A DNA stretch of 64,000 nt from Saccostrea cucullata (lineage: Eukaryota), in assembly GCF_032062105.1 (NCBI RefSeq), contig NW_026927400.1, positions 186,001-250,000 on the forward strand. Direction: 5' to 3'. Every line of letters starts with the position of its first letter. Position 1 is the first letter of the stretch. Below are positions 14,422-26,109 of the stretch, one piece after another. The notes under the pieces are model-generated. The model made no database searches and was not told where the DNA came from. It worked only from the letters and a program-made list of their open reading frames with translations. The translations under genes and the position numbers were made by a program.

Positions 14422-15070
14422 TAGGGTGAATTCACCATGCATCGGACACCATTGTACGTCAACAAGTTCTAGCGATATCGCTACCGACGGAAAATTATCA
14501 AAATGGAGCTTAACACTTAGAATGTAATTAAAATATAAATTTGGTACACAATTATATGCCTTTTATTGAGAAAATATCACCAAAAATCAATTTTTTTGTA
14601 AATAACTCAAAATTCACCATGGATCGGACATTATTCACCATGCATCGGACAAACGGTATTTCGACCGAAAAAATATCATACCTTTATCACAATGCTTTAG
14701 AATCCTTTATATGGATATACTTTTATATTTTATCTAAGAAATAACCCTCAACTTAATTTTAATTGATGATATCGTTGCACAAATGAAGAACGATTCAAGA
14801 TACCTCACCTTGCCTTAGAAATGCTTTAAAATGCTTGTAATGCTGTAATTCGCGCCTTTTTCTCATGGGTTAAGATAGTCTGGTTTGGAGAAATAAATTG
14901 AGTCAGATTCTAGACGTCATATGTGATCACTTGTATTTTGACTGAAAATTTTTATTTTCTATTTCCACAAAAAACATCTTTCAGTTGGGTTCTTTATGAA
15001 AATGGTAGTGATTACCTTTGCTGCGGAAAGTGTCCGATGCATGGTTAATTTGTGTCCGATGTACGGAAAA
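14422..15070. mobile_element. Non-autonomous DNA transposon remnant
   Basis: Motif ttcaccatgcatcggaca occurs direct at ~14430, ~14613 and ~14634 and inverted (tgtccgatgcatgg) at ~15031 and ~15053; absent from duplication copy B. Confidence 0.55.
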
Positions 15071-15477
15071 ATAAACATACTAGTAAAAAACCAACTTCAA
15101 AAAGAATTATACAAACATTGAAGTGAAATTTCTCTAAAATTTATGTAAAATTACCAAATTGATAAAACTTAAGATAAATCCATAGTTTTGCAAACATCAA
15201 CATGCATTTTATTATTTAACATTACGAAATTCTTTAAGAATAATATCAAGTGTAGATAATCAAATGCGTGTTGTGATTTATATTTAAGTTAATCAAATGT
15301 AAACACATTTTAATACGGTCTTTGAAAATTAAATAAACTTATAAATATATGTAATTTTTTTCAGCAAGATACTTTTTTTCATTTTTCATCAATGTAATTT
15401 TAAATGTGTAATTTTTGAAGAGCTCTGAAGTTTTCTTAAAATCGTTTTTGTTTAGTTTTCATTTGGAGGTGGCTGTA

Positions 15478-16701
15478 TTAAGATAGATAATTATCAGAAG
15501 ATTCAGTTTTGGTTCTCGTCAATTCTGTAACTACTTCCGTTTTAGATTTGCAAAGAAGAAAGAATCGACTGAACGATAAAAAGTATATAAAGGGATTTAT
15601 AGCGTAGTTTGCAAGCATTGCGATTGTTCCTATTTGAAAGAGAATATGTGTTAACCCATCATTTGAATCCAGAACTTTGTACTCTATCAATAGTACTAAT
15701 ATATCGTTAATCAAGAAGGGCAACTGTCCAAAAATGTAGGTTAAGCAAATGAGATATACTTTGATTGTAAGTTCTGCAAAATGGCGTTTTTCAATGGCTC
15801 TCATAGATATTCTCGGGAGTTTTCTCAATTTAAACAATTTGTAGCAATGCAAGTAAAGCAACAAACCAAGAATGATCAAAATCAGCGGCACAGCAATGAA
15901 AGCGAAATAGTACACGACATAAAGGTAATCCGGACAAACTTTTATAAAAGATAAAGTAACTGCGTAAGAAATTGACATTAAGCTCATAACCAAAAGTAAA
16001 ATCAGGGATATTTTAACCGCACGGGAGCTTGTATGAGAAGAATGGTAGTGAAGAGGATTAGTAATCAGAGAGTACCTCTCGTACGCCAAAAGAACTAGGT
16101 TACAACCCGTCCACATGAACGGGGTGTAATGCGCCCAGAAAAACAAAATGCATAGAGGAACGTTGAAATATAAATTGTACATAAGTGGAAATAGCAAGAA
16201 CATACCCAAATAGACAGCGGCACTAGTCAAAAAGTCACTCACGGCCAGCAACAGGATACACATGTATGTTACGTCTTTCTGCTTGCGTCTATATAGTATG
16301 TTGATGAAGGTAGCAGTATTTCCTGTCAAGGAAATCAAAGTCAAAATGGTACATACACGAACTAGCCAACAGGAAGTGAAGTCAGTGATTGAACAGAAGG
16401 TGACAATCACCGGAGTTGTGGAGTTTGAAAAGTCCGGCAGCTGAGATGTTAAGTTTGAAAAGTCCGGCAGCTGAGATGTTAAGTTTGAAAAGTCCGGCAG
16501 CTGAGTTGTTGAATTTGAAAAATCCGGCAGCTGAGTTGTTGAATTTGAAAAATCCGGCAGCTGAGATATGAAGTTTGAAAAGTCCGGCAGCTGAGATGGG
16601 AAGTTTGAAAAGTCCGGCAACTGAGATGTAAAGTTTGAAAAGTCCGGCAACTGAGTTGTGGAGCTTGAAAAGTCTTGCAGCTGGGATGAGGAGTTCTCCA
16701 T
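15478..16701 (-). CDS. Orphan class A (rhodopsin-like) GPCR with N-terminal decapeptide repeats (GPCR-1, 407 aa from MENSSS)
   Basis: Seven hydrophobic segments; GN (TM1), LAVSD (TM2), C3.25 and ERY (TM3), ECL2 Cys, GQLP (TM6), NPFIY (TM7). ATG at 16701 was chosen because both paralogs start at the equivalent M(I)ENS; the ORF track start (16755) is a TTG. Confidence 0.93.
   Translation of the reverse strand: MENSSSQLQDFSSSTTQLPDFSNFTSQLPDFSNFPSQLPDFSNFISQLPDFSNSTTQLPDFSNSTTQLPDFSNLTSQLPDFSNLTSQLPDFSNSTTPVIVTFCSITDFTSCWLVRVCTILTLISLTGNTATFINILYRRKQKDVTYMCILLLAVSDFLTSAAVYLGMFLLFPLMYNLYFNVPLCILFFWAHYTPFMWTGCNLVLLAYERYSLITNPLHYHSSHTSSRAVKISLILLLVMSLMSISYAVTLSFIKVCPDYLYVVYYFAFIAVPLILIILGLLLYLHCYKLFKLRKLPRISMRAIEKRHFAELTIKVYLICLTYIFGQLPFLINDILVLLIEYKVLDSNDGLTHILFQIGTIAMLANYAINPFIYFLSFSRFFLLCKSKTEVVTELTRTKTESSDNYLS
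16414..16683 (-). repeat. Coding minisatellite, 9 x 30 bp (QLPDFSNxTS/T)
   Basis: Nine in-frame units seen in both DNA and translation. Confidence 0.95.
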
Positions 16702-16761
16702 GATGCCCTGTATATAAAGCGTAACGGTTCTCTGTTGCATCAGTGTTACAGGCAATGTTCT

Positions 16762-16842
16762 CTAAAATGGAGGGTACAAATTTAAAAAAAAATGAAAAGA
16801 AACTATCTAACAAATATCAACTCGAAACATGTAGACATGTTT

Positions 16843-16933
<91 letters not shown>

Positions 16934-16965
16934 AGCATTGATGTAAATAGACCAAAATCGTTTAC
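16762..16965 (-). other. Putative 5'-UTR intron of GPCR-1 containing a (CT/GA)n microsatellite (16844-16929)
   Basis: Minus-strand AAG|GTAAAC donor and ccattttag|AG acceptor, both conserved in the paralog (49871-50029). Confidence 0.65.
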
Positions 16966-19334
16966 CTTAGAGTCCGAGATAGATACTTTCTCCTACTGTG
17001 CTTTCGATTTACAAAGCTTGTGGATAATTCAGTAACCAATTTCAAACTGAAAAAGTAATTTCTATAGAATTACTTATACTTCTTAGATGACTTTTCTTAC
17101 ATTATGATGTTTATTTCACTAACTAAAAGCAGTCACTCCCAAATAAGATGATTGGATAAATTCACTCAAATATTTTTTTTTTTTCAATTTCAAAAGTGGT
17201 TACTGTAATTTATATGTTTAATGAAATTGAAATTCTAGAGGCATTGCTTTCAGCGGTAAAAAATTAAACAAGTATTATTTTCAGGAACATTAATACACAC
17301 AAGAGGCAAAAAAATTTTTTTTTCCCTTCCGTTAGACAAAACGGTCTCATGCGTCCTCCAGGGTACGGAGAGGATAACATAACATAACAACATAACGTTA
17401 GACAAAACGTAGGCCTAGGAAAGAAAATGTAGAAAACGTTAGGTATTATGAATATACCATCTAAAGATTGATTTAAAAATGCATTTTTTGTTTTCTAATA
17501 CCTGTTTATACTTTAAATCTCACTATTGTTTATGACCATATCTGACATCAAAATCTAAGCAACTGGGTCACAAAAAGACAGCAATGAGACGATATAAAAC
17601 CATGGAAGCTAAAGGAAATGTATTTAAGAAAAAATAAAGGTCAACGTTTTGGACATGCATATGGAAATTATCAATTTAGAAAAAAAGTATTTTAAGGAAA
17701 ATTTTATATTTTGTTTATGCATATTGAATTTATTTTACAAGTTCAAGATGATTTTAAATGAGTAAGATTCTTGGTATTTTTTTGTCTTTTTGTTTATCAA
17801 AATAAGTTTCAAAGTAATGGATTAAAAAATCAGGTAGAATTAGGTAGAATTTTGAACAGGCTAGAAAGTTTACAATCACATGACTCTTTTAACCCTACAT
17901 ACATTTATATTCTGTTATACGTTTGAAAGTCCACTAAGCTCGTTTTTGTAGAGAAGGTAAAAAAAATTGCATGATAAAGCGAAAGTTTCGCCCTAAAACG
18001 TGAAAGTTACGCGTCATATCCCGAAAATATTTTTTTTTTACCTACAAAACTGAGCTAAATCGGCTTTTTTATACGTGTACAATAAACCAGGTGAAACTTT
18101 TATTGGTTTCTTGATTGCATTACAAGTCACTTAAAATCACGAACTATTCCAACCATTCTCATAGTCATCTCGTTTAATGTCATGCAATATAGGTATTTAT
18201 TGACCTTTCTCATCCATAATATGTAAAACATTCAAATATGAAAAAGATGTGGCAGTGTTTCCGGTGTCTTATATTTTACGTTCAAATCACATGTCAATTT
18301 TGTCTTAATATTTAAAGAAGAAATACATAAACACGAATAAAGTAGATTTCCTATGTGTGTAATTCATAAATGTGAAGTTGAGAAAGAATTATACCAGTTT
18401 TTAAAATGAAAAAGATCATGGAAAGGAAACACAAACAAATTTTTGGATAAAACATATTTTAAATTCGTTGTATTGTTTTGATCAAAATATTTTTAAAATG
18501 ATATACTAGGAAGTTGTATAATCAATCATTTGAAACGGAGGAAATGTGTACTTTAATTTGATATTCAATTGTAATCTAGCTTATAACAATTAAAAAAAAT
18601 ATTTAAAAAATATCCATTAATGGAAGAGCATTAATTTTTTGTTCATGAAGTAAATCTTAATATAATGATATACTAAACCATTGTTCATGTTGAAAAGCAA
18701 AATCATCACAAACTACCAAAATAAAGTCATGACATCCACACAAATACCTTCTTTATTTTACTTCAAACTGTCATTCCAGCACAAGAATTCTAAATTTAGA
18801 ACTAAATCGCTCAACCTCTTCTCATTTAAGAACTTAGAGAAAGCTTGATGATAGAGTTGTCTATCTTATCACAAGGTGTATTACATGTTTTATCATTTTC
18901 AATTTTACAATTTGCACCAAAAAATCCACCCAGTTAAGGGTGAAGCAAAGGTCAAAAGATTTTAAATAGTTTTTGATGCTATGTCAAGTTATGCACTTAG
19001 ATGAGATGTAATCATTGATAAAATCAAACGACACAAGATAAATAAAATAAATACTATCAAAAAATTAATAATTCAAATGAATAAAATCAATACAAATAAA
19101 AAATTTGTATTCATGATCAATAACATAAAGATCGAATAAAAATCATTATATCAACATAATAATACTGTTTTTATACACAATACAAAGATGTTCATTATTT
19201 AACCATATACAGTGAAGATTTTTATTGGGAGATAACTTTAATACATCAATTATGTTTGTCTCGTAAAGACGCAGTACATAACCAAAAAGGGTGACGCTGT
19301 TTTACTCATGTGGTTATTATGTACATGAATCCCA

Positions 19335-19545
19335 TAGGGTAACATGAAGATAGGTCCATAATAAGGGGATCGTAAGAACTAGGATTCCAAGTCGCAGTAG
19401 GTTCTGGCTCGAAAATTAATTTCTCAATGCTTTATGACCGTAAGTGTGGAGGACAGCTCTAAATTTGAAACTCTCCACCTGCAAATGGTGGTCTCTCAAT
19501 ATGTGTGAAAAATTTGGGACGATAAACAATCAATCAAACAAGCCA
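19335..19545 (+). mobile_element. SINE core fragment
   Basis: gtcgcagtagg...ctcaatatg.gtgaaaaatt...gataaacaatcaatcaa tail; equivalent copy at ~51810-52020. Confidence 0.6.
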
Positions 19546-20014
19546 TATAACATACATGTACATAATCATGTATATAGGAAACTATTTAGACTTTGGTGCA
19601 GAAAATGGTAAACTATCACTCGACAATGCTCAACGAACATTTAAAATTAAACTTTTTTTCAATATATATATGGTTATATTTATTTATATTTTATTATTCT
19701 AAGAAATTTCAAGAAGCTTTTAGAAAACTCGAAATCACAACATTTTACTAAAACCAAAAACATAAAAAATACGACATTTCAACGATTTATATAAACCTAC
19801 TGTCCGCAATAGATAAAAGTTTAGGCTTTTTGACATCATTGAAAACTGTTAAGTTTTGAATAAAAATGAAACATAATCTTACGTCCATTGTCGCAGGTCA
19901 TTTGCAAAATCACTTTTTCTTTTTCAAAAAAGCTAAGTCTCGTTTGTTCTCACAAGTTGATACTGAAAAGATGCAATAGATAGACAATATCTATACAGTT
20001 TTAGGAGACCAGAA

Positions 20015-20645
20015 CTTTCAACAATCTGCCTGAATACCCATGGGTAACAATTGCGTACCTTTATTAGCAGACATTTTTAAATTCATTTTTAGCAGAAATT
20101 ATAAAAATCTTGTACATGAAAAGCAGAAGAAAACATTTGCTCTAGCCTACTATTTGATATTTTTGTTTAATATTTAATTACATCGTCGAGGTACAATAAG
20201 CAACAAATACTTGCCGTATATGTATATCGGGTATACTCAATGTATCCCACTGAGCTTGATACCATAAAGTCGTACACATTTGTTTCATTTTTGGATATTT
20301 TACAAGAAACAGACATTTATATAGTACCTTTGCAACAAACTTTTATGGTTAACTTGATTTTTAATAATCGTTTTCCCTGACTTGTGTAGCAATATATAAT
20401 AATAACCTGCATATGGGGCGTATATCTCTCATTTGATTCGATATGCAAGAGCATTCTCAACAAACATACAAACAGTTTTTAAAACGAGAAAAGCTCTTGC
20501 CAATCACGTTAATGAAAGAGGAATATCGAAACCACATTTAAAGTCATTCTTTTGCAAATTCTATTATCTTATCAGAAAACTGAATCTATTATTACGTAAA
20601 ATGTTGACAGCACCTGATCCCATCTCTGATGGGTTCCGTGTTGAT
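20015..20645 (+). mobile_element. Degraded Penelope-like reverse transcriptase fragment
   Basis: IPMGNNCVPLLADIF (~20034), PAYGAYISHLIRYARAFS (~20406) and tail motif cacctgatccca. Confidence 0.75.
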
Positions 20646-21546
20646 CTAAAGGGGCTGGGAGGTTGTGGCCATTTTTAGACTATTTTTGTCTCCTTTAGAA
20701 GAAGAGCTCCATATATAGATATACAAAAATAATCAAATTTTAATTTAAAATGTTTGAAATTTTTCTTTGCCAAATGATAGTTGACAGCTTAAGATATCAT
20801 ATCTAAAAAAAGTTACATCTGGTGGTTAATTTGTTGACCCCTAGCCTCCTTAAATAAGCTAACCTCAGAAGGTTAGAGGGTTTTGTGGATTTAAACTGCT
20901 TTATAAAGTAGCCGGCGTCCTGTAAGAAGAAAAAATTCCAAACTACCAAAGTGATGTGCGATAGAAATCCAATGATGAAAATGAAAAACAGTTTTTTAAA
21001 TCTACATTTACATGTATTTAAGAAATACAAAAAATTAACTGTTTTTCATCCGAATTGAAATTCATTTCATAGTTTGCTAAATATAATCCCCAAAATTGCG
21101 AAGTTTCTTTAGTATCCTAATTAAGATGTATTAATTGATTTATATAAATGAACAATAATATTATTCCACAAAACAGTTTGAAGATCTTTATTTAAAAGAC
21201 GCATCATGTATACAGGTATTTATCAAACACAACAAAGGCTAAATCTTAATAAACAATAAATATTTTATTTACAAAAACTGCTATTCAGAACTACATGTTT
21301 ATAAGAAGTAGACAAACTACGTTACAACATTCATATTAAAAAAATTACTGAAGTAAAATCAGTATGCACAGCACATTTTTTTAATACAAATTTACAAGAA
21401 CAGATAAAATCAAGCTTAAGCAGTAATATGTAATTCATAAAGTAGATAGTTTAATAATAACGAAATAAATTTCTTACAACTTCATTGCTTCTGTAATGGG
21501 TGTTTCTATTTTGCTCATTTTTAAGAGATAAGCTGTTTGAAAAGTC

Positions 21547-22570
21547 CTAAGACCCACAAAAAGAAGCCAATCGTGCAAATGAAAGGAAGTAGATAAAGGG
21601 ATTGAAAGCATAGTTTGCCAGCATTGTAACTGTTCCAATCTGATAAAGGATATTCATCAATTTCTGATAGGAATCCAGAACTTGATACTCCACTAACACT
21701 ATCACCACATCATTAAGCACAAAGGGCAACTGACCAAAAACGTAAGCAAAGCAAATGAGGTAAACTTTTGTTGTCAGCTCCACAGACCGTTTTCTGTTAA
21801 TCAAATTCAGGGATATTGTTGGCAGTGTTTTCATTTTTCTCAATTTGGAACAATGCAAGTATAGCAACATACCGAATATACTAAAAACTAGAGGTACACC
21901 GATGTACGCAAAATAAGAGGTTACCAGAAGAAAGTCTGGACATACTTTGATAAAGGACAAAACGACAGCATATAAAATGGTAAGAATACTCATGAAAACC
22001 AATATGATGAGCGATTTTTTTAATACCAGGCGGCTTGAGTGAAATGTATGATATTTAAATGGGTCAGAAATAAGTGAATATCTCTCGTATGCCATGACAA
22101 CCAGGTTGCCACTTCTCCACATAAATGGAGTAAACACACCCCAAAAGAACACAACACAAAGGGGAATATTAAAATAGAAACTGTACATTCTAGGGTAAAG
22201 AACAAACATTTTTGTAAACATTACACCACTGGAAATCAAATCGCTTAGAGCCAAGAGAAGGATACACATGTATGTTACATCTTTATACATGCGTCTATAA
22301 AGGATGTTGATAAAAGTTGCCGTAAATCAAATCGCTTAGAGCCAAGAGAAGGATACACATGTATGTTACATCTTTATACATGCGTCTATAAAGGATGTTG
22401 ATAAAAGTTGCCGTATTTCCGGTAAGAGAAATGGACGTCAAGATCGAGCAAACAGGGATTAAGAAACAGGTCCCAAAATCATTGATGGAACACATTGCAA
22501 TATTTGCTGGAGCGGAGCTGTTTGGTAGATGACTGAAAAGTTCTGTTGTTGACGTAGAATTTTCAATCAT
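21547..22570 (-). pseudogene. Class A GPCR paralog (GPCR-2) frameshifted by a 91-bp tandem duplication
   Basis: ORFs 22295-22654 and 21547-22290 are two halves of one 7TM protein (GN, LALSD, ERY, GQLP, NPFIY). Removing one 91-bp copy gives a continuous 933-nt ORF (310 aa) from ATG 22570. Could instead be an assembly artefact. Confidence 0.8.
22233..22414. repeat. Exact 91-bp tandem duplication (22233-22323 = 22324-22414)
   Basis: aaatcaaatcgcttagagcc...aaagttgccgt is repeated with no visible mismatch. Confidence 0.95.
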
Positions 22571-22595
22571 ATTTTTTTTTCGAACTTTTCGTGAT

Positions 22596-22707
22596 CTATA
22601 AAGAAAATTAATTAGACTTATAATCAATCTTATGTAAAAAGAGACAAAGATCATTCTATTAATTCTTTGATGCTCATTTGATGAAACAGCATGAAAATAA
22701 AACTTAC
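22596..22707 (-). other. Putative 5'-UTR intron of GPCR-2
   Basis: AAG|GTAAGT donor and ttttctttatag|A acceptor 25 nt upstream of the ATG; same layout as the other two GPCRs. Confidence 0.6.
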
Positions 22708-25700
22708 CTTTGATTCAATTGTCAAGTTTGCTTAAATAATTCCTAATTCTTGTTCCTGTACTTATCTTTTCATTATAGAATAGGCAAACAGACTATTCGT
22801 TGAAAAGAATTTTTGAGAGAAAAGATGTTTATAGTTCGTTAGTCTATTCGCAATTTTCCGATATACTTCTAAACGGATCACAGATTTTATACCCTTTTAA
22901 TATTATAATTTAATTCTCTAGAAATCCATGTTTTTATCACACTGGCGATTGGTTGAAAATTTATTCTTTGTTGATGGGTTATCAATAAAACCAAGATTCA
23001 TATTCCTATATATGAGTTTATGACTCTGTATACGGTATCACCAAGCAAAGTTGTCTGGAAGCAAGGTTCTCCAAAAGAAGGTACGGTTTCAGCATACATC
23101 GGACCCAATTGTTTTGTTAATATGCAATTTTTAGAAATTAAAAATGATCGCCTTTGAATTGTTGAAAGTCTATGCCATAACAGGATGTACATCTACAATT
23201 ATTTAAGTTCAATCAAATCGATATCAACTGTATCTATCACATTTAATGTCGAATATATGAATGAATTTGTTAATAGTTTATTTCCTTTATATTTCTATCG
23301 TTTATAAAATAAAATGATCAAAATCATGACAATTATTGCTGAGAACAAATTTTACAAACTTTTTATCAGTTGTTTCCTAAAACATTTAATAACAAAAATG
23401 AAATAAACAGGTTCTAATCTTACGGTAATTAACTTCCCAGGTACAGTTGCTGCTGAGGACCCTATTTTGTCAATTCATTAACTGTTTTTTCTAATTTAAA
23501 ACAATATATATATAAGATTTTTTTTACACATAATTCTTTATTTCGTATTATTTTTTACATTTTCTGCAGAGCCATAAAAATATTTTTGAAAAAAAAAAAA
23601 ACGACAGGACCGAGGTGTAATTTTTATTTTAGAGAGAGTTACTCAAAGGTTAGCTATGTATAGCATTCAGGCATAACATCTGTAATTAAAAGAAATCAGA
23701 AATGATAGATTCCAACGGTTTTCACCACTTTATAAGCAGTATGTTCCGAGCAAAATAGTTTAAGACAATTTTAACCAAATCAAATATCTGTTTGTATTGT
23801 TTTTACTTTTTCCAATCGATTAATAAGTTATTTGGAACAATTTTAGGACCGTCATTTAAGGTCCAAGTAGAAACCTAAAAAAAAAAAAATTACATTTACT
23901 TGTGAACATATGTCCGCTTAAATTTCCGTTTAATCTTTACATAAAACTGATCATAATTTTCTTTCACCATATGTCAATTCACATCTTTTGTTATACTTTG
24001 GCGAGACATCTCTCGTTTTAGATGCATAATTATATGTATAATTGATACTTGCATTGTAATTTATAGAGTTGGTGTTATATAAAGAAATCGAACTTCGATA
24101 GATAAGAATACATTTCAATTCAACTTTGTTACTGGCGTTTCCTGTCTGGTAAAAAAAAACAACCTTAGTCAACTCGACAAGGTATTTCTACAATTAATGG
24201 AATATAAAATCAATGATAGGAAAGATAACTATAATTGAGGAGAGCATTATTATGTTCTTTTTTTAAAACTCATTTACAATTGAGGAAATGAAATCGCATG
24301 AGTACATATTAGGTCGTTATAGGGGAAGTAGCGTATCAAAATGATGGGCTAAGTCTATGAAAAAAATTTCAGTGTGCAAAGAAATAAGATGATCATATAT
24401 AATCCCCATGGATTATTCTATTGATATAAAGACCGGTTATTGTGACATTACTTTTGGCTTTATTAACGGTATAATCCTGTTCTATGATTAATCTCTTTTA
24501 GAGTTAACATTTCAATTTATTTTTTTAGATACCATTATGGTGAATATTGATATTTGAAATTTATTAAAGGGTGATTGGAATCCCAGAATTTGTATTATCA
24601 ATGAAACTAAACGTGCGCCCTTACAATTCCATTGTGACTTCTTATTATAAATTGTGTCGTTAATTTCGGTAAAAATACTATTTTCCATAATTAGAATTTT
24701 AAAGCACAAATTAATTGTGGTTGAATCATAAACTATTTTACTGATTTCGGACGATGATCTACAATTTCAAAAAAAACTTTTCCTTTCGTCCAAGTCAAGG
24801 GTGGGTGAAACCAATGTTCCGTACATTCCTTAATCCTTTTTGTGCACGTTTTGTATCCATGCAAACACCGCAAAGTCCATTATGCTTGCGTTCATTAATT
24901 CAATTATCTGGTAAATTCCTAATTTGTAAAATAATACCATCATTTCGAAAACGCATTAAGTAAGCTTCGTTTTACATGGTTGCTACTGCAAGTATGGTTT
25001 CAGAGAAATGGCGCATAAAATTTGCAATCAAAGTATGCATTAATTGAAAAATACAAAATTTTAATTGCTGAATTATCAAAGATATTGATGTTCTAGCAAA
25101 GAAACGTAAGTGGGTGATTTTAAAACTATGTACACCGTGTTATATATAGAAAAATTTCGAGACGTGAAAATAAATATCATATGTGGAAAGACCGTGCAAA
25201 ACCTTTGCTGTCACATAAAATGGTTGTAATAGCTGAATCTAAGGAAAGAAAACGCCATTTGAAACAAAGGCTTATCTATACACGTTATACAGGAAAAGCA
25301 ACATTTTAATTAAGACCAAAATCATCTTTATTTTGAATCAGTGGTATAAATTCGTCGTGCTTTCTTTGATCTTTTACTCTTCAAATATATTAATGAGAAA
25401 GAACTCGGAAATGGTATCCGGGATGTGCTTCCTTTTTAGCATCCCCGTCTATAATAACATCATTTCTCTGTAGGCATATACCATGATTTTAATCTATTAT
25501 AAACCTTGCAATGTTTTGTAAAAGCTAGACCTACAAAAAGAAAGAAGACTGAACAAACGCAGAGTCGCCTCTTTTTATATCTATATTCTATTTCTCTATA
25601 TCTATATTTATTTCTCTATAAATATGGATTGATTTTCCAAAGTTTACTATATTTTTTTGATGGATTTAGGAAATTTTAATGTTTAAATCTCTTATTTTTT

Positions 25701-26109
25701 CTTATACGAAAGACATAAAAAGATATACAAGATATATACCCTATAAAAATTATGACCAAGATTAACATGATTAAAGTGTTTTAAAAGTGGTTAAAACACC
25801 AAGGTCAAGGTCAAAGGGTAAAATAATTGTACTCAGGGGAATGCCTTGTTATAAAAATATCAAAGTGAAATATACAGCCCTAGCACCAACAACTCAAAAG
25901 TTACAGACAACGTTTTGAATTTTGCAAATGAAGCTCAAAGATTCAAGATCTCCAAGATCGAAAGATCAACATTGATGTTATCCAAAGGAAGGTCTTTTCA
26001 CAAGACATACACCTGTGAAATATGAAATCGCTAGAACGTACTGTTCAAAAATTATGGTTAAGATTAAAGTTTAATCAAAATGGTCAAGGTCTTAGGTCGT
26101 CAAAAGTTC

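Noticed and set aside
16702-16755. Extended N-terminus of GPCR-1 (425 aa)
   Set aside because: The track start is TTG; the in-frame upstream ATG (MQQRT) has no open equivalent in GPCR-3, and all three paralogs align at M(I)ENS. It cannot be fully excluded.
16262-16813. Alternate-frame and antisense ORFs over GPCR-1 (also 49455-49643)
   Set aside because: By-products of the stop-free 30-bp repeat and hydrophobic codon usage.
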